Part shown: positions 1 to 13,709 of the stretch, piece by piece
Position numbering within the stretch: position 1 is the first letter of the stretch
How the letters are laid out: each line of letters starts with the position of its first letter
NCBI RefSeq assembly: GCF_018350175.1
Contig: NC_058373.1
Span: forward strand, 107,820,001 to 107,884,000
DNA: 64,000 nt
Reading direction: 5' to 3'
Source: Felis catus
Taxonomy: Eukaryota
The notes under the pieces: model-generated
What the model was told of the DNA's origin: nothing
The model's database searches: none
What the model saw: only the letters and a program-made list of their open reading frames with translations
Made by a program: the position numbers and the translations under genes

Positions 1-439
1 CCCCTTTACTGCATCTGGAACTGGTGGCCCAGGGGTCATAAGCAGGACTCTTTCCTACTTTGGCAGGTTGGGGATGTAGAGCTAAGAGAAGGCAGAAGGT
101 GTGACAAAGAACAACAGGAAAAGGGGAAAGAGACAGGAAGTGAAGAAAGCATGCATTACAACCACAGTGACAGAGTAGAGTCAGCTAGTAATTCCCGGTG
201 TCGTCTGCCCTACCCCAATCTAAATGTCCATGTCTGACTCAACATCTCCAGAGGACATGCACCCAGGAATACCAACATGAGATGGTGCGACTCGAATATT
301 GCATGTGTGTGTGTGTGTGTGTTGGAGGTCAGCCCTGATGTAATTGTCACACAGGTCACGATGGGTAAGGTCACGTACAAAAGGTGCGGCATGCCCAAGT
401 TGTCCCTGGGTGCCGCTCTTGTCCTGAGATTTCCGTGTT

Positions 440-518
440 CTCAGCACCCAGCTTGGTGGCTGGCATGCAGTAGGTGCTCAATAAATGTCTCCTGGATGAC
501 TAATTGGATGAATGAATG
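440..518 (+). mobile_element. L2 3' end fragment
   Basis: ctggcatgcagtaggtgctcaataaatg...gaatgaatg, a typical L2 terminus. Confidence 0.65.
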
Positions 519-1761
519 TTAACTCTGACCCTGTCAGAGGTTCTATGACTTGGAATCATTCTAGAAAGAATTCCACCCAGAGCAGAATTATGTCCTGCTT
601 TTGACCTTCTTGTGACAACTACAAGGAATGTGTTACCCAGATAGACTATATGCTCCTAACCTGGGGTCCTTGGAGGAGCCTCCAGGTGTCTGAGAGCCTT
701 GTGAAATGGGATTTTCTAGGGAAGGAGCCAGACGAATCTGTGACCCAACCAGGCAGAGCAGAAGTGCTTTAACCTGGATGAGCCCTTGTGTGTGCATTAC
801 AGCACCCTCTAATCCAGCACCTGCTATAGGTTCCTGACATAGCCCACCCTTCGCTCTTCCCTGGCTATTACCAGAATTCCCTGAATTAGCCTTCATTATG
901 AAAAAAAAAAAAAAAAAAAAAAGGAAGAAACCATCTTCTAAGATGATCTTGCCTTCCTTTGATCCTGGGGTGTGTCCTACCTGGGTACAAGGCTTCATGC
1001 TAATGTTCCTTGTGCCTAATGGAGATAGGAGGCGGATCCTCCAGAAGGATTTGTAAGGGAAGCCTTTAAAGGCAGGGCTGACTTTATGGAGTCACTGCCC
1101 AGCAGACACATGTTATGTTTGTGAAATAACAAAGGAAGGATAACTAGGCCAGAGGTCAGAGGATTTAATGCTGATATGCCTTTTGGCAACTCACGGAGCT
1201 CTCCTGTAGGTATTTTCCTTCGGTAGAACTAGGGCTGGTACTAATTACCTCCTGGCTATGGACCTCACATGGGTTGATAGGTGGAGTGTGCTATGGAGGT
1301 TGAAATGTTTTTGCAATTAAACAAAAATTAAAAATAGAAAGATATTTGATTATAAATGGTGATTTCTTCCTTCTAAAATAAAGTCATTAAAAATGTTTGC
1401 AGACTTTGAAGGTGATATAGTTGATGGGGGCATCCAAGCACAGCTGATAATAATTGGTACTTATGGGGAATTGTTTGAAGGGTATTGAACAATACATGCG
1501 TGCATGTATTCCTCATTCATTTATTCAAAACACTTGTGTACGTCCGTCTACTATGTGCCAGTCCCTGGGAAACCTACTTTAGCCCACTCTTGTCACCCAA
1601 TCTGTGTACTTGGCCATAGGGTTTTGGATTTTATAAATCTGCTTTACTCTGACGAACACGACTAGAATTTGCTGTGTAAAACACAGCACTGACTTATGGT
1701 TGGGATATTTCCAAGGTTTGTAACCACTTCCGATGTATCCTATGTGAAGACTCCCTTGAAG

Positions 1762-1950
1762 CAGTGGTTCTGAAACTCCAGCGTGAGCCTGCGTCAGAGT
1801 CACCTAGAGGGCTTGTTAATGTGATCACTGGGCCCCACCCCAGAGTTTCTGATTCACTACATTAAGGGTGGGGCTAGACTTTGCATTTCTAAGAAATTCC
1901 CTGGTGATACTGATGTTGCTAGTCTGGGGACCACACTTCGAGAAACACTA
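1762..1950 (+). mobile_element. MER5A (hAT-Charlie non-autonomous DNA transposon)
   Basis: cagtggttctgaaact...gggccccaccccagagtttctgattca...ggggaccacacttcgagaaacacta follows the MER5A consensus with both TIRs. Confidence 0.85.
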
Positions 1951-3512
1951 CATTAGGAACATTTTTTTTTTTCTTTCTTTTTTTTAGACCTAAGGTCCTT
2001 GGAAGGACCTTGGAAGGTCCTTGGAAGTTTCTTCTTGAGAAACTGGTGTAGTTTCATTACGGTTAATGTGAATCATGTTTGTGAGGCAGGTTCCCTTTCT
2101 GCTTTGCTTTAGAAACTCAGATTCAAATTCGCAGCTCAACTTTGATAAGAGTTAAATTGTTTACATTTGAACTTGGCCCTTGGTCTTGATCTCCTATTTC
2201 ATTTTCCCCATTCTGATTTTTTTTTTTTATTTTAACCTGTTTACATCTTGCAGTTTTATTATATAACTTCTGGTAAATGGACTCTGTTGTGGAATATAGT
2301 ATAGATTGATAAATATAATTGCAGTCATTGTTCTTTTCTTGGGCATTTGGCTTTCAAATCAACTCCAAAGTCCTACGTTTTAAGTGTTTAATGCATTGGC
2401 TCTGGGAGTAGTTTCTCCAGGAGGCTCAGATTATTGATAGCGACTAACCAGTGCAGTGCATGAAAAAGAAAAAAAATTGATAAGAAGATGACAGAGTTCT
2501 CAGTAAAAAACATATTTTTTTAATATAAAACAACTGGTGCATAGATAATATGATACAATATGCAGAAAATTATATTTTTTAATGAGTTGCTCATAAGCAA
2601 ATTACACAGTTACTTAGGTGGTTGGGTGGACAGAGTAGGATGGAGTAATGAGAACAGTGAAGGAAGAGTAATTACAGTGGTTGCCAGACTTGAGTGGGCA
2701 TTGGAGTCCGTCGCCGGAGGAGCTGGTTAAATTGGCTGCTGTTTACTGGGCCTGGGCTGGGGGCCCGTATTTGTGTGGAAGTACAGCGGGAGACTCCGGC
2801 TTCAGGGGGCAGGGACCTGGAGAAGTTCTTACAGCTCTTACTCCCTCGGCATTGAGCAGAAAAATGAAAAGCAGGGTTGAACCCCTCCTCTGAGTCCATC
2901 ATTTTTCAGATGAGGCATTCCTGTTCAGATTTTTCTACAACTCTTGGTGAAATCAGATAGTGTAATGGGCATGATGTCATTCGCATTACACAGCCTCAAC
3001 TTAAAAAAAAAATACTCATGTTAGATGGTAGTTGGAAGCCGTTTGTAGCTGATTTCTCCTCTCTCTCCCCCCTTTCTTTTCTTTGTCCCTCTCTCCCTCA
3101 CTTTGTCTTTTTTTTTTCCTACTTTTAGCTTAAGGGAAGACCCCCTATTAACAACTTGTCTAAGAGCAAGTAGAGAAAGGAATTCTTCTAAAATAAAACA
3201 AGTCTTGGGGTTCTCACTGTGGGCCTTCTCCAGGAGTGTGGGGTAACAGAACACCGCAGCATGAAAGCTGGCTGAGGTTCAATGTGCTAACACCACGCCA
3301 GATGGGGCAGGTTAGGAACGGGACATCTCAGCCTTCATATGGTAATGTTACATACACAGTCTAAAAAGGTCAGGTGTTCTTTAGCACAGCTGTCTCTGGC
3401 TTTCTTTTCATCCCTTTGGTGACAGAATCAAATTTATCAACCATAATATTGTTACTAATTCAGACTTTAATTTCTCTAAAAGTTACCTAGATTTAGCCCT
3501 CAGTGGAGGCAG

Positions 3513-3737
3513 TTTTTTTTTTTATTTTTTTTTTAACGTTTATTTATTTTTGAGACAGAGAGAGACAGAGCATGAACGGGGGAGGGGCAGAGAGAGAGGG
3601 AGACACAGAACCGGAAGCAGGCTCCAGGCTCTGAGCCATCAGCCCAGAGCCCGACGTGGGGCTCGAACTCACGGACCGCGAGATCGTGACCTGAGCTGAA
3701 GTCAGACGCTTAACCGACTGAGCCACCCAGGTGCCCC
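3513..3737 (-). mobile_element. CanSINE (felid SINEC_Fc-type)
   Basis: Poly-T tail, (GA)n stretch and tRNA-derived head ending ...gagccacccaggtgcccc. TSD aggcagt. Confidence 0.95.
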
Positions 3738-4014
3738 AGGCAGTCTTTATTTAAAAGACATTTTTCTTAAGTAGACATTTTAAAATAATTGCAGATTTCC
3801 AAAAAAATTGGAAAGCTAGTACAGAGAATTCCCATACACCCCACACCCAGTTTCCTCTGTTATTACTATCTTACATTAGCATGGTACATTTGTCACAGCT
3901 AATGAACCAATAATGATGTATTATTCCTAAACTCTATAGGTTAATCAGATTTCATCAGTTTTTACCCAATGTGCCCTTTCTGTGTGAGGATTCCATCCAG
4001 GATACTACATTCCA

Positions 4015-4255
4015 TAGTAAAACCTTGGATTGTGCGTAACTTTTTCTGCGAGGGTTCCGTGAGTCGAGCAAACAGTTCTAATAAATTTTAACTTGATAAA
4101 TGAGCGATGTCTTGCAAAACGAGTAGTACGTGATGCCAAACATCACATGATCACAACTGCGCCAATGGTTCTGGAAATTCATTTTGATACACAGGTGCTT
4201 TGGATTAGAAGCATGTTTCCAGAACAAATTATGCTCACAAACCAAGGTTTTACTG
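4015..4255 (+). mobile_element. TcMar/Tigger-like MITE, about 240 bp
   Basis: Terminal inverted repeats tAGTAAAACCTTGGaTTGTG ... CACAAACCAAGGTTTTACTG followed by TA. A second copy lies at 40857-41032. Confidence 0.75.
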
Positions 4256-4747
4256 TATTTTATTGTCATTATTCCTTAGTCTCCTTGAGACTGTCAGTTT
4301 CTTAGACGTTCTTTGTTTTTGGTGAGCTTAAAAGCTTGAGGAATACAAGTCAGGTAGAATATCCTTCAATTTGGGTTTGCCTAATATTTCTCTGTGGTTA
4401 CACAGGGCTTATGGAAGGCTTTTGCAGAGGAAGACCACAGAATTAAAGTGCCGTATTTCATTACGTCACATCAATTACATTGCTACACATTACATACAGG
4501 AATACTATCAACATGATTTAATCCTGTGGATGTGGACCTTGATCACATGGCTGAGCTAACGTTTGTAAGGTTTCTCCCCTGAACTTACTCCTTTTCCTCC
4601 GTTTCTGCACTGTACTCTTTGGAAGGAAGTCACTATGTAGAGCTCACACTTAAGGTGTGATGAGTTATGGCCCACCTCCAGGAGGGGGGCAGTATGTACA
4701 TACATTATTTGATAATTTTCTGCATTGGAGACTTGTCCCTTCTCCCA

Positions 4748-4780
4748 ATGTATGTATGTATGTATGTATGTATGTATGTA
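4748..4780. repeat. (TATG)n microsatellite
   Basis: atgtatgtatgt... run. Confidence 0.9.
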
Positions 4781-4954
4781 TTCAGTCATTTATTTAGTTC
4801 TCTGTGGACTTATGAATATTTATACTTCAGGTTATATACAATTCTACATTATTTTTTTGCTCAAACTCTTCCAGTTTTGGTTTTTGGGAGCTCTTTCAGC
4901 AGCTCCTTTATCCTTTTGTGAAATACCTCCATCGTTGTGGGTTTTTTTTAAGAC

Positions 4955-5031
4955 TTTCTTTTTTTTTTTTTTTAATTTTTAAATGTGTGTTTTTGAGAGA
5001 GAGAGAGAGACAGAATGCGAGTTGGTGAGGG

Positions 5032-5069
<38 letters not shown>

Positions 5070-5196
5070 CCCAAAGCAGGCTCCAGGCTCTGAGCTGTCA
5101 GCACAGAGCCTGATTTGGGGCTCAAGCTCCCAAATGGTGAGATCATGACCTGAGCCTAATTCAGACGCTCAACTGACTGGGCCACGCAGGTGCCCC
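4955..5196 (-). mobile_element. CanSINE with an internal (CA)n expansion
   Basis: Poly-T, gagaga, (CA)n, then ...aagcaggctccaggctctgagctgtcagc...gccacgcaggtgcccc. Confidence 0.9.
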
Positions 5197-5974
5197 TTAA
5201 TGCTTTCTTACTCTTGCTGGCACTACCTGGTGTTCCAGGCTCATTGTATATATTCCTTAATGCATCCCTGGAATCAGCCATTTTTTCAAGGAGCCCTGGT
5301 TCCTTTTATCAGAGAATAGAATTAGAAACCAAGTTCTGGAAGCTGCGTGTGCATGTTGCTCATTGGGTGCAGGGCCTTCCAGCTGACAGGTCAAGGAAAT
5401 GGATGTATGTGTCCTAACTTTTATGTATACACATATCTGTATTTCTGTGTATATCCATATGTAGCTGTATTAAGCAAACATGAGTTCATACGGATGTCTC
5501 CAACTCCAATGGAGTACCACATGGGTCATTTTGGCCTTTCTCCCCTTGTCTGCAGACTCCCATGCAACAGTGAGAAGCTCCCTCCCACCACCCTCCATCC
5601 ATCCATTGCTCACATGTATAGCGGCGTCAGAACGGTCAGCTGGGATCATTCCCACTGCTCAACTTTAGCTACAGTTAAGTGCCTCCTTTTGCCTAGAGTC
5701 TTCACTCCCAGAGTTACTTAGCTCAGCACCTTTTCCCCTACTCCCTTCGGTGAGGTGATTTCATACATTTTAATACGGTTGATTCTCATGTTGTGGTCTG
5801 CATTCCATCCTGGGATCTCTTGACCTCCTAAATGCTTTTTATTTTTTTAACTGCATTCAGGTTCATTGTGCTGTGAAGTTTTAAGGGTTTTGACAAATGC
5901 TTCGTGTCCTTATAGTATCATATGGAAGAGTTTTACTGCCCTAAAAAAACCTCCTGCCCTAATGAAGGCATTTT

Positions 5975-5993
5975 AAAAATGATTTCTTATTTT

Positions 5994-6063
<70 letters not shown>

Positions 6064-6186
6064 CCCAAGCAGGCTCTGTGCTGTCAGTGCAGTCTGTCGC
6101 GGGGCTGGATCTCATGATCCAGGAGCTCATGACCTGAGCTGAAATCAAGTCAGATGCCTAACCAACTGAGCCACTCAGGGCACCCC
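5975..6186 (-). mobile_element. CanSINE with a long (GA)n
   Basis: TSD atgaaggcatttt on both sides. Confidence 0.9.
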
Positions 6187-6999
6187 ATGAAGGCATTTTT
6201 AAGAGTTTGAAAGTGTTGCTAGGTAGAAGAAATAGAATAAATATTAGCAGTTTCTTACAGGACAAGGCAAGGCTGGCAGGGCCTTGTCATTTGCTGCTTT
6301 AAAAGAAGGAAGTAGTGTGGGATGGGTTTTCCGTTTCCCTGAAAAGCCCCCAGAGAGTCCTGGTTCAGGTGTTTGAGTAGCTCCGATTTAGATCTGGGGT
6401 GGGAAGTGGTGGTGGGGGGGCGGATTCTGTCTCAGGTTTCTCTTCTTACTTCCTAAGCCCATCAATGGCCCCAACTCACCATTTCATTTAATATCCAGTT
6501 GAAAGTCCTACCAGCCAGTTGTATCTGAAAGCGGATCTGGTTTTAATTTCACCTGATGTTTAGAAACTGGTCTGCTGTCAGCCTGTCAGCTGGCGGACGC
6601 CCTCGTTGGGTTGCAGCTGTGGATGGAAACTAGTTCCTAAAAGCAGACGCTTTAGGAAGAAGTAAGAGAATGGAGCAGGTGAACTTTATGAAACCTTCTT
6701 GTGTGGTAAATATTCATTAATCAGGCTTCTCTAAAAGACATAAATGCTGTAGGATTCTCTTCACAGGATGGTGGGAGTGGTAGTTGAGGCCCTAAAATCC
6801 AAACCTAGGTTAACCTGCCGCCAATTGATTACGTCTTTTCCCTCTGGGGGACTGTGCGGTACGGTGGGGATAATGGTGCTCTGCTTCTCCTTACTCAGCA
6901 GGCAGTTGTGAAGATAGATGGCAAAAAAGCACGTGGACCTGCTCAGGGTGCCTCACGTGACTGTGGTGCCTTTCTGCACTCTCTTCTTTCTCTTTTGCT

Positions 7000-9430
7000 C
7001 GTTCTGCTTTCTCCTATCCTCTAAACACGGTGTTGGCCCTTGACCCTTTGCTCTTTCAACTGTACCCTCTGTCCTTGGGATCAACTATCTTGTGGCTCAG
7101 TTGTACTTTTGCGTGGGTGACGCTTAAAACTCTGCCTGGCCCTTTGTTCTACGTTTCAGACCCCTCTGTCTTTTGGCCAAACATTTCTCCCTGAACCTGT
7201 CCTTTCAAAATCAAGATGTTTATAAATTAGAGTCATCCACACCCAACTGACCTTCTGGATTCTGTTACTTCTTCCAGGCTGTCTTACGAGCTTCCGATCC
7301 TGGAGCCTTTTTGGCTTTTCATCATCTTGAACCCTTAGTCTCCAAGTCACGCTGAGCTCCTCTTACAGTGTTTTCCTCCTGTTTCCTCCACTGCCAACCT
7401 GTATGGTTGGAATAGACCCTTAACTGTGCCCGCTATAACCCAGTCCAGTCTGCTCCCTGCTAGCTTATCTTCTAGCCTATCCTTACTATTACTAGTCTCA
7501 TTTTTTACACTTAAATTTAAACTCAACCTGGCATCCAAACCTTGCATTTCTAGCTTTACCTTCAAAACTCAAACTGTATAGTACAACTTAACTAAACTAC
7601 ATGTTCCTTTCTGCCTTTGTGCTGTTCTCTCTGTCCCTATCTTGGCAGGGTAAACTGTAGAGGTGGAACTGAACTTGCAGGGGAAGGTACAGGGATCTGG
7701 ATGCACTTTAGCTTAGCATGAGGAGGACCTTTCCAACAGAGCTGCTAAAGATGGGATGGGTATCCTGGAAGAAGTCCTTCTGTTACCTCCCAGTTCCCAA
7801 GCCTGAGGGCTCTTACCTTCCTCCACCTGTGCAGCGTGTGGCTTCTCTTCTCTTTTGAAGCTGTTTTCTCTCACGTGCCACAACACCGCACCTGGGTGAG
7901 GCCACTCACCTCTCAGATTGCATCTCTGGTTCTTCTTTCTTCCATCTCCTAAATGAATTTCCTTTCCTGACTCTCCCTTTCCTGTGCTCTTTCTTAAAAA
8001 ATTTAGTGGCTCTTAGTGATCAACTTTTGAGAAAGATTCCCAGATAAGAACCCCATCCCTATCTTCACAGTTTGTCCTTATTTCTAACTTCTTGCTAGAT
8101 GTTTCTCTTTGAGTACCTTGTGTCCAAATTTGAACTCATTTCCTTCCTTCTAAAACATGTTCCTTCCCCCTGCGTTCCTTGGTTGGTTGATGGCAACAGA
8201 GGTTGGCAGACTTTTTCTGTAAAGGGCCAGACAGTAACTATTTTTGACTTTGTGGCCGTAAGGTCTCGGTCATAACTACTTACCTCTGCCTTTGCAGCGC
8301 AAAAATACCCATAGATAATATGTAAACAAAGATAGGTGTGCTGTGTTTCAATAAAACTTTACTTACAAAAATAAGCAGTGGGCTGAAATTGGCCTGTGGG
8401 TCTTAGACCCTAGGTTACCCAGCTCCAAAATTCAATATTCCTTTGCCTTTCTACTACTTTTGTTTACTCACTTCAAATTATTTTTAATTTCTGCTAACTC
8501 TACCTTTATGAAACTTTTCATATTTCTAGACCATACTGATTCCCATTCATTGGTCTAATAGACCAAATGCCCCCTTTACTTGTTACTCTCCATTAATTTG
8601 CATAATCAGAAACCTCTAGTGATGGCTCTTCACATGCATAATAAGGTTAAAGTTTTCCCAGTGCAGCAGCTTCTATGGTTTTGCCTCCAACCTTCTCTTA
8701 GTCCTCTGAATGGACACTCCTCCATGCACACTGGTCTAGTTTGTATTCCGATATTTGTTCTACCTCTGCTCATGATGTTCTCTTGACTCACAGTGGCCTC
8801 CCCTTCCACTTATTATAACTTGATTGTTCCTTCTCTTGATCTGCATGTGCTTTTAATGTTGTCCTTACCTTTTTGGCTGAGACTGTACTGGGCTGTATTT
8901 TATATTTTTCTGGCCTTCCTCGTTCTTCATCTGCAGTTGTTAAGCCGTAGATGGTCGATTGACATGGGTAATGATTAAACTCTATCTCTCCTCCAAATCT
9001 GCTCATCCCTTTGGAGTTCTTGTCTCAGTTAATGGCACCAGGGACCACCATTGGCCCTAGAGACTCTGTGGCTACTTCTCTTTCATCTTCCACTACACTT
9101 CGGTTACAAGGTTTGGCTGCTTCTCTCTCCCCTGTCTTTCCTCTGTCTGCCTCCTCCTCTCCATTCCCTCTGCTGCTGGCTTAGCTCAAGTCAGTGCCAT
9201 CCTTCACTAAGACTGCTGGACTATTCTTTGAATGTTTATGCCCACCACCAGCTTCTTTCTCCTTATAACCCCAACACTCTATAGGTAGGGACCTGTCATA
9301 TAGATGTGATCCTGTAACATTGCTGACTGAACCCCCTCAGTGGCTCTCCATTGTCCTAGGATAAGGGCTAACTTTCCATTGTGCCATGAGGCAATGATTG
9401 ATCGAATACCCTTTCCTCTCCAGCGTCGTT
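7000..9430 (+). mobile_element. Several degraded L2 fragments
   Basis: Pyrimidine-rich segments such as tccaaatttgaactcatttcc, tctcagttaatggcacc and cagtggctctccattgtcctaggataa. Confidence 0.5.
8197..8410 (+). mobile_element. MER58A (hAT-Charlie)
   Basis: cagaggttggcagactttttctgtaaagggccagacagtaa...caataaaactttacttacaaaaa...ttggcctgtggg. Confidence 0.85.
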
Positions 9431-12014
9431 CTTGACCTGTTTCATTGACAGAGTCTGCATTCAACCGTATGTAACACCAACAGGTCCTCTATGCATTAGT
9501 ATATACTTCCTCTTCTGGTCTACCTGGAAAGCTATCTGAATTTCTAGGAAGGGCATAAATGTCCCTTCTGTAGAGCTTTCATTTCTCCTTCCTTCTGGAA
9601 GACCAAAAAGAGTACAGGTGTCATAACCATTTGGGAGAGACACTTGGGCTGGAGGTATTTTCTGGTGTCCCTTGAAATTTAGAGTCTTTTCCAGTTGACC
9701 TAGAGCCTGAGCAATGGCCATTTAAGTATAAGCGAGTAAAGCATCCTGAATGCTTACGTATGCTAAATATGTAGTTTTGGCTTATTCCTTGATTTGGTTT
9801 TGCTAGAGCTTTTGCCTTCTTCCTCCATTATGATGGATAGTGAGAGTCAACAATGTAGAATAATTCTGGGTGTATTTATATCCTTTTAAAAAAATAATCT
9901 GACATCTTCAGTTTAAAACGTTAGGATGGGGGCAGAGCAGTGGGGGATAATTATTTCATTACAAATATTGGGTATATCCCTGTTCACTCTAGAAAAGTAA
10001 CTTAACATCTGTGGCAAAACTTACTAGACTCTATCTCCTGCTATTTTCCTTTTTTTGTGGGAGCTTCCCCTCAGAGGAGGAGGCTTCTTGTGGCGCTGAC
10101 ACCTCTTACCAGACAGCCACAGAGGCTGTGGAAAAGGAAGGAGGCTGGAAGGCTGGTGAGTAGGAGGTTGGGCATGGACAGCATTTGTCTCCTGTAGCCA
10201 GGGTCAAACAGCCACCTGTCCGTTTCATCTAGTGCCTCATCCTGGCAAGTGGAGAGTATGTTCTCTTTCTGGAAGGGTCTATGGAGCAGGAAAGAGAAGG
10301 GTTGAGATCATGAAGAAAGTGCTCCTTTAAAGTGTTCTTTGATATGGGGGATATGCGGTATGGTGAAGGAACACAATTACTATGGTTCTCTCTCTCACTT
10401 CAGGATGTGCTTTGGTGTGAGGTCCTCAGGGACATCCTGTTGGAGGAGAAGGAAGGTGCCTCCTCGGTTTTGGAGGGTGCTATTCAGAGAAGCCTTTGCC
10501 GGTTTCCAGGGTGGGTGTTTGGCTTCTTCAGAAGGGCTTGGCCTGCCCCTTTTGGTCTATTAGGAGCGCTAGCCTCTCTGGACTGCAGTGGGGCCTGGGC
10601 AGGGGCCTTCACAGCCTCTGTCCTCATTCACAGAAGATGCATCAGGTAAGCACAGAATTAAACTACCTGAGATGTAACTGGGGAGGAACCGTAGTGGAAC
10701 ATTTTGAAGAGCCTAAGGCGACCTTCATTTAATTTACATTTTCAGTCCCTTACATAGTGGAGTCAAAGACTGACAGAGAGACACAGCACTTCTCCAGAAG
10801 ACCATTTCTATCTGTCCTTAGCCCACTTTTGGCAGAGAAAACCTCTCCTCAGATATATCCAATCTTGACTCTTCAATCAATCAATCTTGATTTTTCCTTA
10901 TGGGCAGAGAAACTTTGAAAAATTAATTTTAATGCACCAGATTTTAATTTCACCCGAGATACGTCGTTTATGCTAGAACATAGAGGTAATGGAGTGTCAG
11001 TTAAATTTATAATGGTTTTGTGGGTATGTTTAGCTGGGCTCGTGAAGAGTTATCATGAGCCTTAAGTGTGAATTTCAGAGACAGATTGTTTAGTAGTATT
11101 GAAACGTCTTCACTTGCTCAATGGAGTTCAGAAATCACTTCTGACTTGGAACCATAGATATGAAAACAAACAAACAAACAAAACTTTAAAAGCTAGTCCA
11201 CCAGATGTCCTGCCACCAGAGCTGTGGTCACAGCCCGGGGCTCTATGCCCATCCCCTTTTCTGACCCTAATGGAAGGCCCAGACTTGGCGAGATGAGGAC
11301 ATAATCACTAAAATAGAGATAGTATCTTCCTTCACTTTCAACTTGAGTCAGATTTGATAAGCCTCACTCTTCTGTTCAGTTTTTGCCACCTTTTTCTGAT
11401 AATTTTAATCTGTGTTACCTCTTAGTGTGTTTTTAACTCCTAAAACTTGTCTGATTGTTAGATGAAAATAGAAAATCAGCAGGGCTGTGGGATTTGCCTC
11501 ATTCACCCCCTTTTGCTATAAATGCCTTCCCACAGCGAGGGGATGCGTTGTCTGTCTACAGCACATGACACTGACTCGGGTCCTCCAGGCAGATGACTAA
11601 TGGGTCCTGAGCTGCCCACTGCTTTTTACCAGCTCCAGCACAGATTTGCTATGCTTAGCAGCTCCTGCCTCATACCCCCCATGGGGAGCCATCTAGTGAC
11701 ACCGTCAGGCTGGTGCCACTACCACTGGCCTTGGCAGTGAGGAGGCGAGCCTGGAACACTGAGGAAAACTGGCATTTGACAGGGAGCATCCTCAGGTGCT
11801 GATGGCACGAGTCTTGCCTGAGTTCCCAAAGGAGACAGGTGATGTGATGACCTACCATGCCAGAAACACAAGAAAGCTGGCATCAGGGGAGCAAAAGGCA
11901 AGGGGTAAGCCTGCAGTAACCCATAGACAGATGCCGTCACACATTGCAGCCTTGAGACAGGCTGCTATGGAACCAATATGTGATCTTCATTGAAGCTGTG
12001 TCTTGTCTTGGCCT

Positions 12015-12180
12015 TCACTGCTGGTGACCTTGGTCAATTCCATTACCTCTCTGAGCCTCCATTTTTCCCGTCCGTATAGTGGTGGTGGTGATACTTGCAG
12101 GTGGTGAAGGTGAGAAACAATGTAGGTTAGGCACTTAGTTCCTACATATTGATAAACTCAAGACATAGTAGCTGTTATTT
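12015..12180 (+). mobile_element. MIR SINE
   Basis: gtgaccttggtcaattccattacctctctgagcctcc core. Confidence 0.65.
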
Positions 12181-12994
12181 GTATTATTAAAGAACACAGC
12201 TGTATATTTCCTTTTTGGAGATATGAACTTTCACTCTTAAGCCTGATAGTTTCAGCTGAAAGAGAATTGTGAAATACTTTATCACGGTTTTAGGTGGTTA
12301 CTTATCGCTAGAGAGCAGGACTTAGAAAAGTTGTAGAAACAAGCCACCAGGCCAAAAATCTGAATCTCACAGATGTTTGGCTCAAGGCCCAGAGTCTAGG
12401 TGAACTTCTACTTTTGCCCAAATAAAGGATTGTTTTTTTTTTTTTCTTTTAATATGCTAGATCCCTCTGCTTATCCCAGGACAAGATGAATATTAAGTAG
12501 ACAGAAGGTTCCTGTCTATGATCAATTCTAATGCCTTTTGTGAAGGGAAATGGTTGTAAATTATTACCAGTTAATTAAATGAGTGTTTCCGTTGAGTCCT
12601 GTGTGTAGGCTTTTATCTAAGCCTGTTTAGAATCATGCAACATCAGAGCTAGAAAGGTTTTTAGACAGTCCTCTCATTTCATGACCAAGGAGACAGAGTC
12701 GGGATGTAAGTGACTTGTTCGGCTTCTGCCAAGTGATGCCAAGGGAAGGCAAACACAGGGTAGGGGTGTAGAGGGGAGGGAGGGGATCCTAGAGATCTAG
12801 TGGGAACATCAAGCAAACAGAGCAGGATGCCTAGGCCGTGGGCCCATGAACTCCACACGCTACTGGTATGCCTTGGTGTCATTTTGGCGTGCATTTATAT
12901 TTTGTGAAGTGCTCTCACATGTTTATTATAGCATGTGGGGATATTATTCCCATTTTATAGGTGATGAAATTGAGGTGATCAAATGCAACTTCCA

Positions 12995-13700
12995 ATTCAA
13001 CTCATTAGACTAAATCAACAGATATTTGTTGAGTGTTTATTTGGTTCAAGGAACTTTGTTAGGCCCTTTGGGGAACATAAAAGTGTCAGATCCTGCTGGA
13101 GTGGAGCTTACAGACTTACTGCAAGTGACAAGATATAAGTATATGAAATTTTATCTAATTGTTCAAGGGCATAGGTAAGTATTCAGATAATACTCAAGGT
13201 AGGAATTTTGAGACTAGAGGGATCAATGCTCATGTCAAGATCTTCCTGGGAAAAGTTCTTTCCTTCAGCTCCTATGGCTGGTTCATTTTCACCAGGTACA
13301 CTGGGTTCCATATCCCACCTGTAGCCCTAGGGAGCTACTTTGGGAAATCCTGAACACCTGGAGATAATCCCAGCCCTAGGAATAATTCAGTAAAGGTTTG
13401 AATGAGTGGCTAGGTGAAGAGAGACTTTCCAAGCAGAGATGACAGCATGAGCAAAGGAACGGCTAAGCCATGGTGAGGAGACAGGCCTGACTGGATGAGC
13501 AGGTTTAAAGAATGGAAGCTTGAAAAAGAGGTTTGGATAAATTAATGTGGAGGCAGTGAAAGGGAACCCAGGTAGCCCAGAGAGCCAGGTGGAGCGGCTT
13601 GAGTTTTATTCTGAAGGCACTGGGAAGCCAGCTGAGGCTTCCAAGGGGAAAGTTGATGAGAGCGGCCCTTGGGAAAGGGTATCTGGGTGGTGAGGTATAG
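12995..13700 (-). mobile_element. L2 fragments
   Basis: tcaacagatatttgttgagtg...; ttccaagcagagatgacagcatgagcaaagg; ttttattctgaaggcactgggaagcca. Confidence 0.55.
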
Positions 13701-13709
13701 ACTCTTTGT

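Larger units (their letters stand above)
3775..5950 (-). mobile_element. Old L1 (L1MC/L1MD-like) 3' region, interrupted by a MITE and a SINE
   Basis: agtacagagaattcccatacacc...ggtacatttgtcacagctaatgaacc...cactgtactctttggaaggaagtcacta resembles the antisense of an old L1 3' UTR. Confidence 0.6.

Noticed and set aside
3544..3726. Recurrent ORFs beginning MAQSVKR/MAQLV (also at 22685, 29081, 46378, 55626 and 59637)
   Set aside because: These are translations of CanSINE sequence from non-ATG starts, not a gene family.
11199..11225. Tandem CCACCAGA CTCF-like motifs
   Set aside because: They lack the GGC part of the core, so the match is too weak.
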